Positions 25,270-39,809 of a DNA stretch of 64,000 nucleotides are shown one piece after another (the stretch's first letter is position 1; each line of letters opens with the position of its first letter). The notes under the pieces are model-generated. The model was given only the letters and a program-made list of their open reading frames with translations, did no database searches and was not told the DNA's origin. The translations under genes and the position numbers were made by a program. The stretch comes from Felis catus (taxonomy: Eukaryota). The stretch is from positions 98,520,001-98,584,000 of the forward strand of contig NC_058372.1 in NCBI RefSeq assembly GCF_018350175.1. Reading direction: 5' to 3'.

Positions 25270-25497
25270 GGGGCACCTGGGTGGCTCAGTCGGTTAAGCA
25301 GCCGACTTCGGCTCAGGTCATGATCTCGCTGTCCGTGAGTTTGAGCCCCACATCGGGCTCTGTGCTGACAGCTCAGAGCCTGGAACCTGTTTCAGATTTT
25401 GTGTCTCCCTCTCTCTGACCCTCTCCCGTTCATGCTCTGTCTCTCTCTGTCTCAAAAATAAATAAACGTTAAAAAAATTTTTTTAAATAAAAAAAAA
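25270..25497 (+). mobile_element. Can-SINE
   Basis: TSD TAAAGATTTAAGCAGA. Confidence 0.93.
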
Positions 25498-26254
25498 TAA
25501 AGATTTAAGCAGAAAGATTTATTTCAGTAATAAGTTCAAAGTTTAAGGGACATAAATAACTCAGAAAAAAAGCATAAAATTGCCAGTAAGTAAAGAGATC
25601 CTAGGAAGTAAAAGGAAAAAAAACCCAACTGTAGCGGGTTGTGTTAATGAGAATAATAGAGCTAATGCTTATGGAACACTTCTATGCCAGCCACTGGTCA
25701 CAAAGCACTCCACATATATTTTGTTATTTAATCCTCATAAAACCTCTAAGAAGTAAATCTTGTTACTACTACTATTACTACTATTGTTCAGTGAAGAAAA
25801 GAATGAGGCAGAGAAGACCAGTAGTGCTACTGAGAGTGTGGTCTGACAATTGGTGCCCGACATAGATAGTTTGATACTGGACTGGGAGGGATTACATATA
25901 GAAACAGAGAGTCAGTGATTAGAAACTTTTATAACTATTTGACAGAGTAATTGTATATCTGATGAATCAGTTAATTTAGAACATGGGTTTGTGGTTTGTG
26001 TGTCTTTGGGTTTGTGTTTTTTTGTTTGTTTTTTTAGCTTGTTACGGAAAATTTGAGCAAATACAAAATAAACAGAATAGTAAACACCCACATATCCACA
26101 CCACATATCCACACCCACATTTCCATCACCAGCTCCTGAATTACCTTTATTAGCTATAACTTGTTCTGCTCCCCACCTACCACTTATTGTTTTATAAGGT
26201 TCTTTTTTTAATTTAAATAAGTTGAAATGCACAAATCTAAACGATAGAATTTGA

Positions 26255-28735
26255 TTGTTATTATTTTTTTAATTTAAATTCAAGTTAGTTACATATATTA
26301 TAGTATTGGTTTCAGGATTAGAATTTGGTGATTCATCACGTACATATAACACCCAGTGCCCATCCCAACAAGTGCCCTCCTTAATGCCCATTGCCCATTT
26401 GGCCCACCCCCCACCTACCTCCCCTCTAGTTTGTTCTCTGTATTTAAGAGTCTCTTATGTTTTGCCTTCCTTTTTGTTTTTATCTTATTTTATTTTTCCT
26501 TCCCTTCCCCTATCTATGTTCTTCTGTTTTGTTACTTAAATTCCACATACGAGTGAAATCATATGGTATCAGTTTTTTTCTGACTTATTTCACTTAGCAT
26601 CATATACTCTAGCTCCATCCATGTTGTTGCAAATGGCAAGATTTCATTCTTTTTGATCACCAAATAATATTCCATTGTATATGTGCATGCCTGTGTGTGT
26701 GTGTGTGAGAGTGTGTGTGTGTGTGTGTGTATACACACCACATCTTTATCCATTCATCAGTTGATGGACATCTGGGCTCTTTCCATAATTTGGCTATTGT
26801 TGATAGTACTGCTGTAAACATTGGGGTGCATGTGCCCTTTGAATCAGCATTTTTGTATATTTTCAATAAATACCTAGTAGTACAAATGCTAGGTAGTAGG
26901 GTACTTCTATTTTTAATTTTTTGAGGTACCTCCATACTTTTTTTCGAGAGTGGTTACACTGGTTTGCGTTCCCAGTCAAGAGTTCAAAAGTGTTCCCCTT
27001 TCTCTGCATCCTTGCCAACATCTGTTGTTTCCAGAGTTGTTAATTTAGCCATTTTCACAGGTGTGAAGTGATATCTCATTGTGGTTTTGATTTGTATTTC
27101 CCTGATAAGTGGTGTTGAGCATCTTTTCATGTGTCTGTTAGCCATCTGGATGTCTTCTTTGGAAAAGTGTCTATTCATGTCTTCTGCCCATTTCTTCACT
27201 GGATTATTTGTTTTTTTGGGTGTTGAGTTTGACAAGTTTTTTATAGATTTTGGATAGTTACCCTTTATCCAATAGTTCATTTGCATATATCTTCTTCCAT
27301 TCCATTGGTTGCCTTTTAGTTTCGTTGATTGTTTCCTTTGCTGTGTGGAAGCTTGTTATCTTTTTAAAAATTTTTTTAAATGTTTTATTTTTGAGAGAGA
27401 GAGACAAGAGTGTGAGTGGAGAAAGGGCAGAGTGAGGGAGACACAGAATCTGAAGCAGGCTCTAGGAGGTCAGCACAGAGCCTGATGTGGGGCTCGAACC
27501 CACGAACCGCGACATCATGACCTGAGCCAAAGTCAGGTACTTAACCAAATGAGACACCCAGGTACCCCCAGAAGCTTGTTATCTTTATGAGATCCCAAGA
27601 GTTCATTTTTGCTTTTGATTTCCTTGCCTCTGGAGACATGTCTAGTAAGAAGTTGCTGTGGCCGAGGTCAAAGAGGTTGCTGCCTGTTTTCTCCTCTAGG
27701 ATTTTGATGGTTTCCTGTCTTACACTTAGGTCTTTAATCCGTTTTGAGTTTATTTTTGTGTGTGGTGTAAGAAAGTGGTCCAGTTTCATTCTTCTGCATG
27801 TTGCTGTCCAAGTTTTCCCAGCACCATTTGCTGAAGAGACTGTCTTTTTTCCACTGGATATTCTTTCCTAAGATTAGTTGGCCGTACATTTGTGGGTCCA
27901 CTTCTGGGTTCCTGTTCTGTTTCATTGATCGGAGTGTCTGTTCTTGTCCCAGTACCATACTGTCTTGATGATTACAGCTTTGTAGTATAGCTTGAAGTCT
28001 GGGATTGTGATGCCTCCTGCTTTGGTTTTCTTTTTCAAGATCGCTTTGGCTATTCAGGGTCTTTTCTGTTTCCATACAAATTTTAGGATTATTTGTTCTA
28101 GCTCTGTGAAGAATGCTGGTGTTATTTTGATAAGGATTGCATTGAATGTTTAGATTCCTTTGGGTAGTATAGACATTTTAACAATATTTGTTCTTTCAGT
28201 ACGTGAGCATGGAATGTTTTTCTATTTCTTTGTGTCTTCAATTTCTTTCATAAGTGTTCTATAATGTTCAGCATATGGATCTTTTACCTCTTTGATTAGG
28301 TTTATTCCTAGGTATCTTATGGTTTTTCTTGTACAATTGTAAATGGGATCGATTCCTTGATTTGTCTTTCTGCTGCTTCATTATTGGTGTATAGAAATGC
28401 ATCCAATTTCTATGTGTTGTTTTCATATCCTGCAACTTTGCTAAATTCATGTATCAGCTCTAGCAGTTTTTGGTGGAGTCTTTCGGGTTTTCTACATAGA
28501 GTATCATGTCATCTGCAAAGAATGAAAAATGAAAAAGAATGAAAGAATAAAAGTCAAACTTTTATTTTGCATTTTATTTCTTTTTGTTGTCTGATTGTTG
28601 AAGCTAGGACCTCCAGTAGTATGTTGAAAACAGTAGTTAGAGTGGACATCCCTGGTGTGTTCCTGACCTTTGCGGGGAAACTCTCAGTTTTTCATCATTG
28701 AGGATGGTATTACCTGTGAGTCTTTCATATATGGA
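26255..28735 (-). mobile_element. Carnivore L1, 3' ~2.2 kb, frameshifted ORF2, split by a SINE
   Basis: Minus-strand ORF2 peptides [21 protein letters not shown] and [15 protein letters not shown]; 3'UTR and T-tail at the left end. Confidence 0.93.
27364..27570 (-). mobile_element. Can-SINE inserted in an L1
   Basis: TSD GAAGCTTGTTATCTTT at 27348-27363 and 27571-27586. Confidence 0.9.
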
Positions 28736-29261
28736 AGCTGTAGAATTTATAGATCAATTTATAGACCAATATGGGGAGAACTGAATCTTAGTAATATTGA
28801 ATCTTTTTCTGAAATTGGAAGTTATTTATTATTTTTAATTGAAATATTATCATAAAATTACTTATATAAAATGAAGATTTATTAATATTTGAATTATTAA
28901 GATATTTCATATTTGTATAATTCAAATATATAAAATGAAACTCCACACCCATGTCCTGCTACAAGAAGATTTTCTTCTTTTCATTTTTACTTTATAGAGC
29001 ATTTTGTTTTATAAAGAAATTTAATAAGCAAGCAAACAAACTAACAAGATTAAGCCAAAAACCTCTATTGTAATAGTAATAATAATGGAGAAAATAGGAG
29101 CAAAGAAAGAAAAACAGAGCATAGTAAACCTTGCTCTGGAAAAATAAAAATAAAGCTACCTTTAGGTGATGATATTCTGGAAGAACACTCAACCATGTGT
29201 ACAGAGACCATTTTATTTCAGTCAGTTTAGAACACATGGACTTTGCTTTACAGATTAAAAT

Positions 29262-29479
29262 GTAAAAAAAATTTTTTTTAATGTTCTTATTTATTTTTGC
29301 GGGCGCAAGAGCGGGGTGGGGGGGGGCAGAGAAAGAGAGGGAGACACAGAAGCGGAAGCCTGCTCCAGGGCTCTGAGCTGTCAGCACAGAGCCCGACGTG
29401 GGGCTCGAACTCACAAACTGTGAGATCATGACCTGAGCTGAAGTCGGACGCTTAACCAACTCAGCCACCCAGGTGCCCC
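29262..29479 (-). mobile_element. Can-SINE
   Basis: TSD TACAGATTAAA. Confidence 0.9.
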
Positions 29480-29801
29480 TACAGATTAAATTTTTAAAGT
29501 GTTTGTAATTGGGACTGTCTAAAATTATACATTGCAGGATTGTATAATATTGAATCTTTTAATCCATGGTATATCTCTCCATTTATTAGGGGTTTATTTT
29601 CTCTTAGCAATATGTGATAGTTTTCAGTGTTGAAATTTTATGTCTTTAAAAAAAAACCTATTCCTGAGTATCTTATGAGTTTTGATTCTATTGCAAACGG
29701 AATTTTAAATTTGATTTAATAATTGCTTGTTACTAGCATACAGAAATTGAGTTGATTTTTGTACATTGACCTTATATTCTGAAACCTTGCTAAAGTCACC
29801 A

Positions 29802-30334
29802 TGTGGAGAAGCTGGAGCTGGTGTGTTGAATTAAGAATAATGCAGACTATGACTGGTTGAATTGAGGGGCACAGGCCACTCACATGGGGTTGGCAGATAG
29901 CTTCCTCAGCATCAAACTTTTAATTTGGGGAAGTGAAACCCACAGGGTCGATTGAAGGAACAGTTTCAGTACACCCACAGAAAGGAAGTAGGGCTACAAG
30001 ACTTAGAAATGGCAGAGGTGGGAGTGTTGGGGGAGAGGAGGGAATGATCTGGGGGGAAAGCAGTCCTTTGTCCTAGGCACAGTGAGCAGGAGTTAGAGAG
30101 CAGGGTAGCAAATACCTATGACCGAACAGGTGATAGGAGCAGAGGTCATTAACTTTTTGTGGGCTTAACTCTAAGTGGCTATTTTAAAAAGGTATCATAG
30201 GAAGAGCAAAGTGGGAAATTATGGTAGCAATCCTAAACTCAGGTCCTTATCTAAATGTTTATATTTGGTGTGAACAGGGTTATCATACTGTCAAATACCT
30301 AGTCCTCAACACAAAATAGTCATTTTTCTCATCA
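29802..30334 (-). mobile_element. Probable solo LTR inserted in the old L1
   Basis: TG...CA ends, ~530 bp, ATTAAA on the minus strand; L1 sequence rejoins across it; no clean TSD. Confidence 0.5.
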
Positions 30335-30641
30335 CACTCATTAGTTCTAGTAGCTTTTTTTTGGGGGGGGTCATTTCATTAGCTTTATGCATTAATAATC
30401 ATATAATTTAGGAAGGGGAACTACTTCCTTCCCAATCTGGTTGCCTTTTATTTATTTATTTTTTTCTTGCCTTCTGGTGCTGACTAGGATCTCTAGTACG
30501 AAGTTGAATAGAAGTGGCAAGAACAGACATTTTTCTTGTTTTGTTCCTGATCTTATGGGGAAAGCAGTCTCAGTATTAAATGTGATGTTAGCTATAGGTT
30601 TCAGAGATGCCCTTTATCAGAATGAAAATGATTGTTTTCTT

Positions 30642-30703
30642 TTTTAAAAAAAATGTTTATTTATTTTGAGAAAGAGAGAGTGAGAGAGCACGAGCAGGGG
30701 AGG

Positions 30704-30739
<36 letters not shown>

Positions 30740-30866
30740 CCCAAGCAGTCTCTGCACTGTCAGTGCAGAGCCCGACACAGGGCTCGATTTTATGAACCTG
30801 TGAGATCGTGACCAGAGCCAAAATCAAAAGTCAGATGCTTAACCAACTGAGACACCCATGCGCCCC
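30642..30866 (-). mobile_element. Can-SINE with (GA)n
   Basis: Antisense head and tail. Confidence 0.88.
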
Positions 30867-32098
30867 AGAAAGATTCTTTTCTATTCCTAGTTTGCTGACA
30901 GTTTTTAAAAAAATCATAAATAGATACTGAATTTTGTTGCATGTTTTTTTCTGCATCTACATATGACATTTACTTGTTTAGTATGGTGGATTACATTAAT
31001 TCATTTACAGAGGTTAAAAGAACCTTGAATTTTGGAGGTATACCACACTCCATCATGCTGTATTACTGCTTTCACATATTGCCAGATTCTATTTACAAAT
31101 ATTTTGCTAGGGATTTTCACCTTTATGTTCAGGATATTAGTCTATCATTCTTTAACATCTTTGATTTGGGCATTAGGGTAACTTGGTCTCATAAATGAAT
31201 GAGAAGTGCTCCTTCTTTTATTTTCTGAAGGTGGTTGTATAAGATTGGTATTATTTCTTTGCTTAAATGTTTGTTAGAATTTACTTCTGAAAGCATTTGG
31301 GCTTGGGGTTGTTTTGTGGGACAAATTTTGATAATCGATTTCTATAATAAATAATAGGGCTATGCAGGTTTTCAGTAGGTCTTGAATCACATTTGATCAA
31401 TTGTAGTTTTCAAGAAATTTGTCCATTTCATCTTAGTTGTTGAATTTATTGGCATTGAGTTGTTCATATTTTCTCATTAAAGTTTTGATTTCTGGAGGAT
31501 TTGTAGTAAAACTCTCACTTTTCTTTCCTGACATTGGTATTTTGTGTTCTTTCTCATTATTTATTGATCCATTTTGCTAGGCATTTATCAAATATAGTAC
31601 ACTTTTTAGAGAACCCACTTTTGATTTGGTTAATTTTCTCTATTGTTGTTTTTTATTTAATCAGTTTCTCTTCTTAGGCTTATTATTTTCTTCCTCTTAA
31701 TGGATTTTGGATTAATCAGTTAACCTTTTTCTAGATTTATGAAGTAGGAAGTTAGACCATTGACATAATTTTTTCTTTTCTAATAGAAAGCACTTAAAAC
31801 TGTAAATGTAAATACAAAGAGTCAAAAGACTATGAAGAAAGTATTAGCCTGAACAACAAATAATACTGCTTATTATTTTATGTCTGAAAAATAAAACACC
31901 CAACAAAAAAGGACAAGGACACAAATAGGTAATCTGACAAAAAAGAAATATGAATATAAAAAGATACATAACTTGCTAATAACTAAGGCAATAAAATGAA
32001 AATGGATTGCCATTTTTCACCTATCCAAATGGCAAAGATTGGAAAGATTGACCAAAGTCCTTGTTGGCAAGGTGTATGAGTCAGAGTAAGTGCATTCT

Positions 32099-32314
32099 TT
32101 TTTTTTTTTAAATGTTTTATTTATTTTTGAGACAAAGACAGAGCGTGAGCAGGGGAGGCGCAGAGAGAGAGAGAGAGCAAGACATAGAATCTGAAGCAGG
32201 CTCCAGGCTCTGAGCTGTCAGCAGAGCCCGATGCGGGGCTTGAACTCACAAACCGCGAGATCATGACCTGAGCCGAAGTCAGATGCTTAACTGACTGAGC
32301 CACCCAGATGCCCC
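32099..32314 (-). mobile_element. Can-SINE
   Basis: TSD AGTGC(A/G)TTCTT. Confidence 0.9.
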
Positions 32315-32923
32315 AGTGCGTTCTTAATTTGGTTGGTGGGAGTGTATTAATTGGTTATGAAAGAATTAGGGGAACAAAAGAACAAAGGAGACAGTGGACA
32401 AGATGAGCTGCCTCTTGTCCTGAGCCTTCATTTAGAAGGATAATTGTGCAGGATTGCTCCTGAGGTGACATTCAGCCTGTCGTTGTTACTTGTGTTTGGA
32501 GGTGGATTTTGAGGACTCTGGAGGGGAAAGGGGGGTGGGTTGGTAGATAGCATGCCGGAGGTGCAGTTCTGGCCTTGTAAGGGTTGGCTTCCTCCCAAAC
32601 TTACCTGTTCTCTCTGGCGCCCAGTGCCTTCACGCTGCCCTTTGGCTCCTGTGATGATGCCATGGCCCTTGTCTGTCCTGTGACCCAGGTCTACAGGTAA
32701 ACTGCGGTCAGATCCAGCCTTACTGCTCATATGGCCCAGTGCAATTGGAGTTGCCCACAGAAGATTTAGCAACCTGAAGTTATGCTGGATGAAACTGCAG
32801 TTTACATTAGATGATTTTCAATTTATAGCCCTTACTTAATATATAATGCGTAGGGGTCTTACCATTGCAGTAAGTGATCAAAGAAATTAACACATAGTGG
32901 TTGAGTTTAAAATTGGTAGCTGA

Positions 32924-33142
32924 GGGGCGCCTGGGTGGCGCAGTCGGTTAAGCGTCCGACTTCAGCCAGGTCACGATCTCGCAGTCCGTGAGTTCGAGCC
33001 CCGCATCGGGCTCTGGGCTGATGGCTCAGAGCCTGGAGCCTGTTTCCGATTCTGTGTCTCCCTCTCTGTCTGCCCCTCCCCCATTCATGCTCTGTCTCTC
33101 TCTGTCCCCAAAAAAATAAACGTTGAAAAAAAAATTAAAAAA
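32924..33142 (+). mobile_element. Young Can-SINE (SINEC_Fc type)
   Basis: CpG-rich; TSD AAAATTGGTAGCTGA. Confidence 0.93.
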
Positions 33143-34851
33143 AAAATTGGTAGCTGAACAGAACTCTGGGGGATTTTTGTGTCTGCATGAGTAGGGGTGA
33201 GTATAATCTTTACTCTTGCTAGCTCAAAATTGTTAATATGTATGTATGTGTGTGTGTGTATTTATTTAATTCCTACCTTGTTCCAAAAGGACTTAAGGAA
33301 GCTTGTCCTTCCTTTCTACCCTGTCATACAAAATAGAATAATGTGAGTAAGAACCACATCATGAAGAATGCAGCTTAATTAGCCTTGATGGTAGCCTTGG
33401 TTTGTGTAATGAGGGAATGGGAGAGAACAGTGTAGGATGTGGTTGACCAAGGGATTGGAGCACGAAAGCAAATGATATAAAGTGGGAGAGAGAAGCATAG
33501 TGATTACAGCAGATTTAGAAGGCGGGTTGAAGATGACCAAGTTCCCACTTCTTTCTATTGGGGATTTGAAGCTGCACCATCAGTAAAGCCCTGAAGCTGT
33601 GAAGAGTGAACTTGGAGACATCCTTTTTGACTATTAGAGGCTTATTTCTTTCGAGCTGCATTACTGATTGTGGGATTGCTGGAATAGGTGAAGAGGCAGG
33701 CCTGCAATACTGTTGGATTGTGAGAAGTAACTTCATGGTGATCTTTAAAAATACCTTTATTCTGAAAGTTCAGGTGAAGTTTAACATTAATTGAAGCTGT
33801 CAGGCAACCTAAAATTTCTTCTCTTTGAAGAAAGCTGATTTTCTTCTCTCAGAGGAAAAGTGAGTGATTAATTAGCCTGTCATTATAAAAGGAGATAATA
33901 ATGTTAGTAGATACTGAATTTCCTGTTAAATGGATTACCTATTGTGTTCCATTTGCAGTTCATGTATATATTTTAGAAACACATTCATCTTCATACCAAG
34001 TCACCACGGTTACAGCCACATAATGAAATTTTCAGCTTTTTCTTGCACAGTGATGCTTAACTTTTGGAAGACTATCTGAATGGGCATTGAAATGTAGCTT
34101 TGTTGGAGTATCTTACTTCTCTACCCCGATTCCTGCTGACCCCACTCCCCCAACATGTCTACAAACACACAAACGTTTTCCCCAGCCGTGTTGAGTCCTG
34201 TGTGCCTGCGTGTGTGTTCAGGCTGATGCAGTCCAGGCATCAGGCTAGCTGATGCAGGCCTGATGTATGGAAATCCTGTACACTTCAGTTACTGCCCTCT
34301 GTCCTTCCCTGTTGTTTCGGGCATTTCATTTACCTCGTTTTTCACCGTTTGAACTTCAGGCTGCCAATACTTTTCCTTCTAAGGACTCATGGTGAATTTA
34401 ACCCCAACTTTCCCAGATAGGTAAACCTCTCAGTGCATTCATACACAGTAGGGAGGGAAGGAGGTGGGTGTTCTTATGGGTTTCATCTTCTTAAAACTGT
34501 GGCTCACATCTGGACTAGTTGCTCCCAAGGCCTGCAGCACTGCTGCTCTCCTGGGATCTCCCCTTACATCATCCTGTAGCCTCTCTTGTGATGATTTCCT
34601 TATTTTCCCAGATCCGGCGTCTTCCTCTTTCGTGATTTATGCCCTCGTTTTGGTGGTACACCTCTGCCAGTTGCTTCGTGAGAAAGGGTTCACGGACAGT
34701 AACTTTTTTGAGTGCATGCATTCTGAGATGTCCATATTCCATTCTCACTTGATTGACAGATTTAATGGCAAAATAAAGATTGAAATGAATTTTCCCTTAG
34801 AATTTCGAAGACATTATTTTGCTGTCTTCTCTTGTGGCTCTTGAGAATTTC

Positions 34852-35085
34852 TTTTTTTTAATTTAAAAAAAAATTTTTTTTTTAACGTTTATTTATTTTT
34901 GAGACAGAGAGAGACAGAGCATGAACGGGGGAGGGTCAGAGAGAGAGGGAGACACAGAATCTGAAACAGGCTCCAGGCTCTGAGCTGTCAGCACAGAGCC
35001 CGACACGGGGCTCGAACTCACGGACCGCGAGATCATGACCTGAGCCGAAGTCGGATGCTTAACCGACTGAGCCACCCAGGCGCCC
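34852..35085 (-). mobile_element. Can-SINE
   Basis: TSD GCTCTTGAGAATTTCT. Confidence 0.93.
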
Positions 35086-36125
35086 TGCTCTTGAGAATTT
35101 CTGATGTTAACTCTGTTCTTGATCTTTGGTTTGAAGCCTGGGTTTTGTTTTTTTTTTTTTTCCCCTCCTTAGAAGCTTGAGCTGTGTTTTACTTCGATTT
35201 TCTGAAATTTTACATTCCTACCTCCAGAGATAAGACATGCCACAAATTTCCACACCTTTTGGAGGTTCTGTAGTATAAATTGGATTGTTTCTTGACTTCC
35301 CCACCGCCAGTTTAGGATTCAGCTTTCTTGGGCATGCTTTTCAGGTTCAAATGATTTGTCATCATTGCTATCTCCACTCTTCCTTTTGCCCTTGGGGCTT
35401 ATGTGTAAGGAAATGAACATAAAAAACTTTACTACAGTTTTAGTAAGGTGTTTGGGAAGAACAGGTGTTCACTCTTCCATCTTTACCCAGAAGACCATTC
35501 GTCTGCTCTTCAAACAACTCCGTTGTGGATTTTGCCCCCACCACTGTATCACTGAGACTGCACACAGAATGGTCACTCACAAGATCCTGTTGTCAGAGCC
35601 CCCGGGCACCTCTGTGCCCTCATCTTACTTGACCTCTCAGCAGCATTTGATGTGGATGTGACTGCCCCCTCATTTTCTAACTGATCTCCTTTGCTTTGAT
35701 GACTCCATGCTGTCCTGGGGTTTCCCAAAAACACTGACCCTTTTTTTTTTTGTCTTCTAAACTGATTCCTTATTTGTATCTGGCCTTTAAAAATAATTTT
35801 ATTTAGAGTGCTTCAGGCTAGTTTTTTTTGTGCTCTGTTTCTATCTTCATTTTTCCTACGAGGCTTAATCCAGTCACGTGACTTTAAATGCCATGTATGT
35901 GCTGCTGACACACACTGAGATCTCTCCTCTGACCTCCAGACTCAGAAGTTCCCATTTGATCTCTTTGGGCATGTTGTAAGCAGAACTCTTGGTTTCCCCT
36001 CAAACCTGCTTCCCTGCAGCCATCCCCACATCAGTAAGTGGCACCACCATGCCCAGACAAAAGTAATTGGATTGATTATTCTCCTTAAAAAATTGGTGTA
36101 AACTAACCCTTTATCCAGTAGTCAT

Positions 36126-36485
36126 TTGCTAAGCGAAATAAGTCAGTCAGAGAAAGACATATGTTTTCACTCATATGTGGATCTTGAGAAACTTAACAGA
36201 AGACCATAGGGGAAGGGAAGGGGAAAAAATAGTTACAAACACAGAGGGAGGGAGGCAAACCATAAGAGACTCAAATACAGAGAACAAACAGGGTTGATGG
36301 GAGGGTGGGGGAGAGGAGAAAATGGGTGATGGGCATTGAGGAGGGCACTTACTGGGATGAGCACTGGGTGTTGAATGTAAGTGATGAACCACGGGAATCT
36401 ACCCCCAAGACCAAGAGCACACTTTACACATTGTATGTTAGCCAATTTGACAGTAAATTATATTAAAAAAAAAAAAAAAAAAAAA
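36126..36485 (+). mobile_element. Carnivore L1 3' end with poly(A)
   Basis: End of ORF2 (GCTAAGCGAAATAAGTCAG), 3'UTR, A-tail. Confidence 0.88.
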
Positions 36486-38249
36486 GTGTGAAAGTGGACA
36501 GGCAACTGCCCACCAGAGGGCAGTACAGGCAAGTGGTTCTGTCCACAGCAGGCCAACCAAGAGCTGTTGTTTCCTCTCCCACCTAACTGGCTCCACATGA
36601 GGTCGCTTTTCTCTGCACAAAATATTTTTAGGCTTCTTAGACCACTTTAGAAGAGAGAATGTGGATAGTTATACTCCTTCCTGTTTCTTTTTCCCCTTTC
36701 AGGTCTGTTTGTAAATTCTGGGATTTTAGCTATTGGGTCCTCTGCTTCATGGAGTTTTTGGAAGAGCCTGGGTATGAGAAGTACAGATCTGCCCTCCCAT
36801 GTTTGTACTCTATCGGCCAACAAGGCATAATACCTCCTAGCACTCAGGAATTACAACTGTCTTTTTATGACAAACTGCCAAATCATTGTCCTACTGCAGT
36901 TACTCTATAAATGTCCTAGGATCTATTAAAATTCTAGGAATTTCACGCAAGGATTTTACCTCTCTTAAAGCTGTGATGTGCTTCTTTACTGAGAGAATGA
37001 CTTACCCAAAGAAGATGGGTTTGCATAAACCTTGCAGAAAGTTACCCGGAAAATTATATGATTCATCTGGGGTAGGGGGTGGTTTTTCACCTAGCATTTA
37101 TTCAATGCCTGTGGAACCAGATTGTGCTACCAGACTAGAAACAACAACCACGGAGGTCAGGGAGTTAGCCCAAGTCTCCTGAGGTGCTTATAATTAGGTG
37201 AAGGGGCAGACATGTCCAAAGCAAATTTAGATAAGGCCTTCAACAGTAAGTGCTATAGATACAAAGGAAAGTGCTTTGGGAGGAGGCAGGTGGTGAGAAA
37301 GGATTGTTTCAGGTGGAGATGGTAGGTATCACTCATCCTATCATGGCTCAGTACATGGAGTCCTTTTGTGAGGTCCTTCAAGCCCAAATTCAGCGTCAGG
37401 ACACCAGCCTCTGGATCGCTTGCTCTGACCCTCCCCAGATGACTGAAGTGCCCTTCCTATGTTGCCATCATCCAGTTCACCCTTCTCTTACGGCACGCTG
37501 TCCACTGTTGTTAATTTGCGTGCTACTCTCCTGAGGACAAAGACCGATTACTAATAGACTTGTGCATTCTCCCATTCTGGCTCCATTCTGGTCCTGCACG
37601 TGATTTTCGTTTTCTGGAGTACTCTCTTTTTTCTGTCTGTTTCTACATGCTGTCTCTTTCTAAATGCAGTGGCATGGACTCACTGACATCTTAAAAAGTA
37701 AAGGAGAGAAAAAGAACTGTCATTGAGTGCCTTGTGTTGAACACTCTTTACTATGTTAGGTATTTTATGAGCATTTTCTCACTCAACCTTGTTCCTCTAA
37801 TGCACCAAGCTTCTTCCCCTTTCAGGTCTTTGCACTTGGTATTTCCTCTCATGGGGACTTTCTCAAGTGCTCAAGAAGGTATCTTCCTTTTCTGTTAACA
37901 AACATGTAGAGTTTACAAACCATCCTTCTGAAGTTAATTTTTCAGATTGGTTATCCACCCCTCCTCTCAGAGGTGGGTAGGGTCTCAGAGACAGGAATTA
38001 GCTGAGGCTAGGCTGAGCACCTGCCATCTCCTCCCTCTCATTGTCTCTGCCCTTCTGGCTGCTCCCCCAGTACATCAAGTCCTGGTCACTGGCTGTCTCA
38101 AGTCAGTTTACTAATATTTACCAAAATTGCTCTATTTCTACTTCATTATAAGTGGTAGTGTCATTCAGACTGTACCCCTCCTAGGAGCTAAGGGATTCCA
38201 TTTTTTGGCTAGCTTTCCTCTTAAGATTGGGCAACCAATCACCTTCTTT

Positions 38250-38468
38250 AAAAAAAATTTTTTTTTTAACATTTATTCATTTTTGAGAGACAGAGACAGA
38301 GCATGAGTGGGGGAGGGGCAGAGAGAGAGGGAGACACAAAATCGGAAGCAGGCTCTAGGCTCTGAGCTGTCTGCACAGAGCCCCACGCGGGGCTCGAACT
38401 CACGGATGGCGAGATCATGACCTGAGCTGAAGTCAGACATTCAACCAACTGAGCCATCCAGGCGCCCC
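38250..38468 (-). mobile_element. Can-SINE
   Basis: TSD AACCAATCA. Confidence 0.9.
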
Positions 38469-38933
38469 TAACCAATCATCTTTTAATTGAATTCGTGTTT
38501 AATAATTACAGGTACCATGCTCCCCCCTTCCTCCTGTCTGGCAGCAGCAGGGATGGTGCAGGGGCTGGGGCATGAGCCCCCAGAACTAGTCCTATTTTAA
38601 CGTACAGTTTTGTTCTATGTAACCTGGAAGTCTAGATCCAACCTTATAAATGGATTTATATTTAATAATAAAAACTCCACCTATTTTTGCCAATCTAGTG
38701 TTAAAACAGTATAATCAAGTGCTCATCTTCTGATACACACTAAAATCTTACTTTAAAAAATCTTATCCATCCTTTAAGGCTTAATTCAAGTCCTGACTCC
38801 TCTGACATTTTCTGCACCTGTAATAAGTACCCTGCATTAATCTTCCCTGCTCTGAACTCCCATGGTCTTCATACTTCAGTTTGGCCATTAATCTAGAGGA
38901 TCTTATTTGTTATTTAGTCATTTTGTGTGTTTC

Positions 38934-39162
38934 TTTTATTTTTTTTATTTTTTTTAACACTTATTTATTTTTGAGACAGAGAGAGAGAGAGACAGAGCAT
39001 GAATGGGGGAGGGTCAGAGAGAGGGAGACACAGAATCCAAAACAGGCTCCAGGCTCTGAGCTGTCAGCACAGAGCCCGATGCGGGGCTCGAACTCACGGA
39101 CCACGAGATCATGACCTGAGCCGAAGTCGGCCACCCAACCGACTGAGCCACCCAGGCACCCC
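38934..39162 (-). mobile_element. Can-SINE
   Basis: Antisense head and tail. Confidence 0.9.
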
Positions 39163-39285
39163 TGTGTATCTATTTCTTAACTGACCAATGAAATGGTAAG
39201 ATGTCAGTTGATCGTAGCAGTAGTCCCTTGATTTTTGCTATGTTGAAAAAGGCACCACTTTTAAAGGATATTTTTAGAGCAAGAT

Positions 39286-39809
39286 TTTTTTTAATATGAA
39301 ATTTATTGTCAAATTGGTTTCCATACAACACCCAGTGCTCATCCCAAAAGGTGCCCTCCTCGATACCCATCACCCCCCCCACCCCCCCCCCCCATCAACC
39401 CTCAGTTTGTTCTCAGTATTTAAGAGTCTCTTATGGTTTGCCTCCTTCCCTCTCTGTAACTTTTTTTTCCCCCTTCCCTCCCCCATGGTCTTCTGTTAAG
39501 TTTCTCAGGATCCACATAAGAGTGAAAACATATGGTATCTGTTTTTCTCCGTATGACTTATTTCACTTAGCATAACACTCTCCAGTTCCATCCACGTTGC
39601 TACAAAAGGCCAGATTTCATTCCTTCTCATTGATGCATAGTATTCCATTGTGTATATAAACCACAATTTCTTTATCCATTCGTCAGTTGATGGACATTTA
39701 GGCTCTTTCCATAATTTGGCTATTGTTGAAAGTGCTGCTATAAACATTGGGGTACAAGTGCCCCTATGCATCAGTACTCCTGTATCCCTTGGGTAAATTC
39801 CTAGCAGTG
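39286..39809 (-). mobile_element. Felid L1 3' end
   Basis: ORF2 C-terminal peptide in ORF 39505-39771; TSD TAGAGCAAGAT at 39275-39285 and 39810-39820. Confidence 0.93.

Larger units (their letters stand above)
29540..31800 (-). mobile_element. Old L1 ORF2 remnant interrupted by an LTR-like insert and a SINE
   Basis: T-rich degenerate antisense ORF2 sequence; boundaries approximate. Confidence 0.7.
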
